From NCBI GenBank assembly GCA_963675745.2, contig CAXXWX010000026.1:256001-320000 (forward strand): a stretch of DNA of 64,000 nucleotides, written 5' to 3'. This DNA comes from Phycisphaerae bacterium (GTDB taxonomy: Bacteria; Planctomycetota; Phycisphaerae; UBA1845; Fen-1342). The translations under genes and the position numbers were made by a program. Below are positions 61,000-64,000 of the stretch, one piece after another (positions within the stretch are counted from its first letter, which is position 1; the number at the start of each line of letters is the position of its first letter). The notes under the pieces are model-generated. The model saw nothing but the letters and a program-made list of their open reading frames with translations. It was not told the origin of the DNA and did no database searches.

Positions 61000-61743
61000 A
61001 TGGATTGGCGGATTCTGCTGAGCACGTTTGTACTGATTCTGCTGGCGGAACTGGGGGACAAGACCCAACTTGCCGCGCTGGCCTCTTCGGCCAGCAGCAA
61101 ATCCACCTGGTCGGTCTTTGCCGGCGCCTGCCTGGCGTTGCTCCTCTCGACTCTGGTGGCCGTTCTGGTGGGGGCCGCATTCAAGACGTATTTGCCGGCC
61201 AGAGCGATCCACGCGGCCGCCGGCGTGGCCTTTGTGGTCATGGGGATACTCTGGATCACGCGGGCGATTGCGGGGCCCGTGGAATCGTCGGCGTCCGCCG
61301 CCGCCGGCGGCCCGTCGATTGTGACACGTCTGGCCATGGAAGCCGCCGCCAAGTTCGAAGCCGCCTCCAGCACCAACTACCTGGATCTGGCCACGGCCAC
61401 CGACAATCCCAAACTCCGCGACCTGTTCACCGAGCTGGCCTTTGAAGACCGCTGCCATCTGGCCCGCGTGCGCTCGCTCAAGGAATCTCATGGCGAGACC
61501 ACGCTGGCAATCGCGGCGGCGACTCCGGTAGCGCCGCCCCCGGCCGCCCCGGACAGCCTGACCGAGATCGACCGCACGACTATCGCTTCGGCGGCCGCCC
61601 ACGAAGACGCCACCGCACAGTTCTATTTCGGCCTGGCCGAGGCCACCGCAAGTCGCAGCCTGCGCGCCGCGTTCCTGCGACTTGGGGAGGAGGATCGCGC
61701 CCATGGACAGCGCCTGCGTGCCTGGATAGGCGCCTCAGGTTGA
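61000..61743 (+). CDS. TMEM165/GDT1 (UPF0016) half-transporter fused to ferritin/rubrerythrin-like domain
   Basis: AELGDKTQ plus 3 TM; then E......Y...A...L...LA.EDRCH and E......Y...A...L...L.EEDRAH helix pairs. Confidence 0.85.
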   Translation: MDWRILLSTFVLILLAELGDKTQLAALASSASSKSTWSVFAGACLALLLSTLVAVLVGAAFKTYLPARAIHAAAGVAFVVMGILWITRAIAGPVESSASAAAGGPSIVTRLAMEAAAKFEAASSTNYLDLATATDNPKLRDLFTELAFEDRCHLARVRSLKESHGETTLAIAAATPVAPPPAAPDSLTEIDRTTIASAAAHEDATAQFYFGLAEATASRSLRAAFLRLGEEDRAHGQRLRAWIGASG

Positions 61744-61873
61744 TGTTTTGGGCTGACACGGCGCCCAGCAGGCGATGCCCGCCGGCTTGCCGACGGCCCC
61801 CATCCGTGGCACGATATACAATCTTGGACGATTTGTGGCGATTGAGGTTACTGGAAGCACATGCGGAGCTCTG

Positions 61874-62458
61874 ATGATGACAGCAGGTGAGAAGGGGTTT
61901 GTGGCGATTGTCTCTGGTCTGCCGCGGTCCGGCACGTCGATGATGATGCGGATGCTCGACGCGGGAGGCATCCCGGCGTTGACCGACAACATCCGGACGG
62001 CCGACGATGACAACCCGCGCGGCTACTACGAGTTTGAGCCGGTCAAGCAGACCAAGAAAGACGCGTCCTGGCTAGCGCAGGCACCCGGCAAGGTCGTGAA
62101 GATGGTGCATCTGCTGCTCATGGACCTGCCCGAGGGCTACGAGTACCGCGTGGTCTTCATGCGCCGCAAACTGGAAGAGGTAATCCGATCGCAGGATGTG
62201 ATGCTCGAACGCAAGGGCAAGGGCAGTGCCGGACTCTCGGCCGACAAGATGATGTCAATCTTCCAGAAGCAGATCGACGACGTGGATGCGTGGGTAAAGG
62301 AGCGGCCGCACTTCAAAATCCTGCACGTCAGCTACAACGACATGCTCACCTCGCCCGCTCCGCTCGTGCAGCAGGTGAACGAGTTCCTGGGTGGCGATTT
62401 GAACATCGAGGCGATGAACGCAACCGTTGAGCCCAAGCTGTACCGCCAGCGAGCGTGA
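61874..62458 (+). CDS. Sulfotransferase-family P-loop protein
   Basis: SGLPRSGTSMMM, NPRGYYE and R...E...S. Confidence 0.9.
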   Translation: MMTAGEKGFVAIVSGLPRSGTSMMMRMLDAGGIPALTDNIRTADDDNPRGYYEFEPVKQTKKDASWLAQAPGKVVKMVHLLLMDLPEGYEYRVVFMRRKLEEVIRSQDVMLERKGKGSAGLSADKMMSIFQKQIDDVDAWVKERPHFKILHVSYNDMLTSPAPLVQQVNEFLGGDLNIEAMNATVEPKLYRQRA

Positions 62459-62515
62459 GATTCGCAACTCGCGTGATCTGACACCTGGCGTTTCCCGTTA
62501 TCCGGAGATCAACAC

Positions 62516-63265
62516 ATGTACAAGCTGGTCCTACTGCGGCACGGCGAGAGCATCTGGAACAAGGAAAACCGCTTCACCGGCTGGACCGACGTTGATCTGT
62601 CGGAAAAGGGCATCGCCGAGGCCACCAGCGCCGGGAAGATTCTCAGAGAGCAGGGCTTCACCTTTGACCTGGCGTACACGTCCGTGTTGAAACGTGCCAT
62701 CCGAACGCTCTGGATTGCGCTCGATCAAATGGACTTGATGTGGATTCCGGTCGTGCGGGATTGGCGACTCAACGAACGCCACTACGGCGCGCTGCAGGGC
62801 CTCAACAAAGCTGAAACCGCCGAGAAACACGGCGCCGATCAGGTCAAACTCTGGCGGCGTGCTTACGCGATCCAACCGCCCGCACTAGATACCTCGGACG
62901 AACGGTATCCCGGACACGACCGCCGCTACGCCGCCTTGACCGATGCCGAACTACCACTGACCGAATGCCTGAAGGACACCGTCGAGCGCTTCCTGCCGCT
63001 GTGGCACGAGAGCATCGCCCCCACCGTCAAATCGGGCCAGCGCGTGATTATCGCGGCCCACGGCAACAGTCTGCGCGCGCTGGTCAAATACCTCGACAAC
63101 ATCGGCGATGACGAGATCGTCGGGCTCAATATCCCCACCGGCGTGCCGCTGGTTTATGAGCTCGACGCCGATCTGAAACCGATCAAGCACGAATACCTCG
63201 GCGACCAGGCGGCGATCGAGGCCGCGATGAACGCCGTGGCAAACCAGGCCAAGGCCAAGCCGTAG
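62516..63265 (+). CDS. gpmA: 2,3-bisphosphoglycerate-dependent phosphoglycerate mutase
   Basis: LRHGES.WN.ENRFTGW, LNERHYG.LQG, AHGNSLR and NIPTG. Confidence 0.98.
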   Translation: MYKLVLLRHGESIWNKENRFTGWTDVDLSEKGIAEATSAGKILREQGFTFDLAYTSVLKRAIRTLWIALDQMDLMWIPVVRDWRLNERHYGALQGLNKAETAEKHGADQVKLWRRAYAIQPPALDTSDERYPGHDRRYAALTDAELPLTECLKDTVERFLPLWHESIAPTVKSGQRVIIAAHGNSLRALVKYLDNIGDDEIVGLNIPTGVPLVYELDADLKPIKHEYLGDQAAIEAAMNAVANQAKAKP

Positions 63266-63302
63266 CATTGGCAACCCGCGCCGCTGGCGCGGCGCCCCCG
63301 GA

Positions 63303-63659
63303 CTATCGGCGTGCTTCCTCCGCTGACTCAAGCTCGCGAGCGAGAGCGCTTTCGAGTTTGTGGAGTTGGCTGGCCTTGCACCGCTGGAACCCCGCTTCCC
63401 GCTGCTCACACTCCTCCGGGCCGGAGAAAAGCCGCGCAAGCAGCCGGCTGGTACGTCGCCACAGCAGGTGTGGGTAACGGTGGGACAGCTCATACAAGGC
63501 ATGTACGCGCGCACGCATGAAGTTCAGCAGCCGGCGATGGCGTTTTTGCCAGACCAGCGGCTGCGTGGCGTGCAGGCGCAGCTCATCGATGTAGGCTTGG
63601 ACAACGTCGTAGTGCAGGCGTTCGAGCAGAGATTCGCGGGGCCCGGTGTAACTCAGCAT
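63303..63659 (-). CDS. Hypothetical helical protein
   Basis: GGAGG RBS before ATG 63659; 118 aa with non-shadow composition. Confidence 0.55.
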   Translation of the reverse strand: MLSYTGPRESLLERLHYDVVQAYIDELRLHATQPLVWQKRHRRLLNFMRARVHALYELSHRYPHLLWRRTSRLLARLFSGPEECEQREAGFQRCKASQLHKLESALARELESAEEARR

Positions 63660-63760
63660 GGGCGATCCTCCACAGCACAAATCGCGGAATTCCGTGGAGA
63701 TATACGCCAAAACGCGAGGGCAGTTGCGTCGCTACACAGAAAACGACAAGTGGGGGGGAA

Positions 63761-63894
63761 AGGAAGGCAACGAGGCAACCAGGCAGCAAGGCAACAAGGC
63801 AACAAGGCAGGAAGAAGAAACAACGGCTTGGCTGCCGATGCCTTTTCTTGTGCCTTTGTTGCCTGGTTGCCTTGTTGCCTCGTTGCCTTCTTCT
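63761..63894. repeat. Palindromic element with octamer-repeat arms
   Basis: Left arm AGGCAACG/AGGCAACC/AGGCAGCA/AGGCAACA x2; right arm TGTTGCCT/GGTTGCCT/TGTTGCCT/CGTTGCCT. Confidence 0.85.
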
Positions 63895-63899
63895 CCCCC

Positions 63900-64000
63900 C
63901 TATGCCCGGTAGACGCGGCTGGCCGAGCGTTTCTTGTGGCCGGTCGCGTTGCGCGTATCCACCACCAGCTTCGCGTGCTTGCACACCATGTCGTAATCGA
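63900..64000 (-). CDS. C-terminus of a nucleotide-sugar (UDP-GlcNAc/UDP-glucose-type) dehydrogenase, partial
   Basis: Manual translation DYDMVCKHAKLVVDTRNATG...*; the DY...A.LVVDTRN ending is typical of this family. Confidence 0.7.
   Translation of the reverse strand, partial: DYDMVCKHAKLVVDTRNATGHKKRSASRVYRA

Overview
GC-rich bacterial chromosomal segment. Gene content points to a planctomycete, most likely class Phycisphaerae (inference): an ftsZ-less dcw fragment, many secreted proteins with Cys-containing dockerin-like tails, Tyr/Arg-rich exported proteins and heptamer repeat tracts. In order, the window holds murC-murB-ddl-ftsQ followed by two DUF4203-like membrane genes where ftsA/ftsZ normally sit; an O-antigen-ligase-like/TPR gene; a DUF2961 (GH172) gene; several secreted hydrolases and beta-propellers; an MMPL + LolA-like pair; lpxB; a sugar ABC permease and binding protein; a GH9-CE4 fusion; and a multidomain amidase. 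Next is an Orange-protein (orp)-like anaerobe operon (three NifB/NifX proteins, two COG1149 Fe-S ATPases, DUF5320, FmdB, radical SAM, thioesterase) with a visible sigma54/IHF/UAS promoter and its PAS-Cys activator. The remainder holds archaeal-type pheS/pheT, rsfS, a membrane PPase with Na+,H+ signature residues, GT4-GH57, a GDT1-ferritin fusion, a sulfotransferase and gpmA. The best novelty candidates are a 103-aa protein resembling a divergent uL30 with a basic insertion, the GDT1-rubrerythrin-like fusion, two classes of dockerin-like tags on five secreted proteins, roughly 130-bp hairpins built from 7-8-nt repeats, and a terminator-ended candidate sRNA with an anti-SD tract. Three apparent single-base frameshifts may be assembly errors. 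No rRNA, tRNA, CRISPR array or transposase was recognised. All family calls come from motif recognition by eye, not from database searches.
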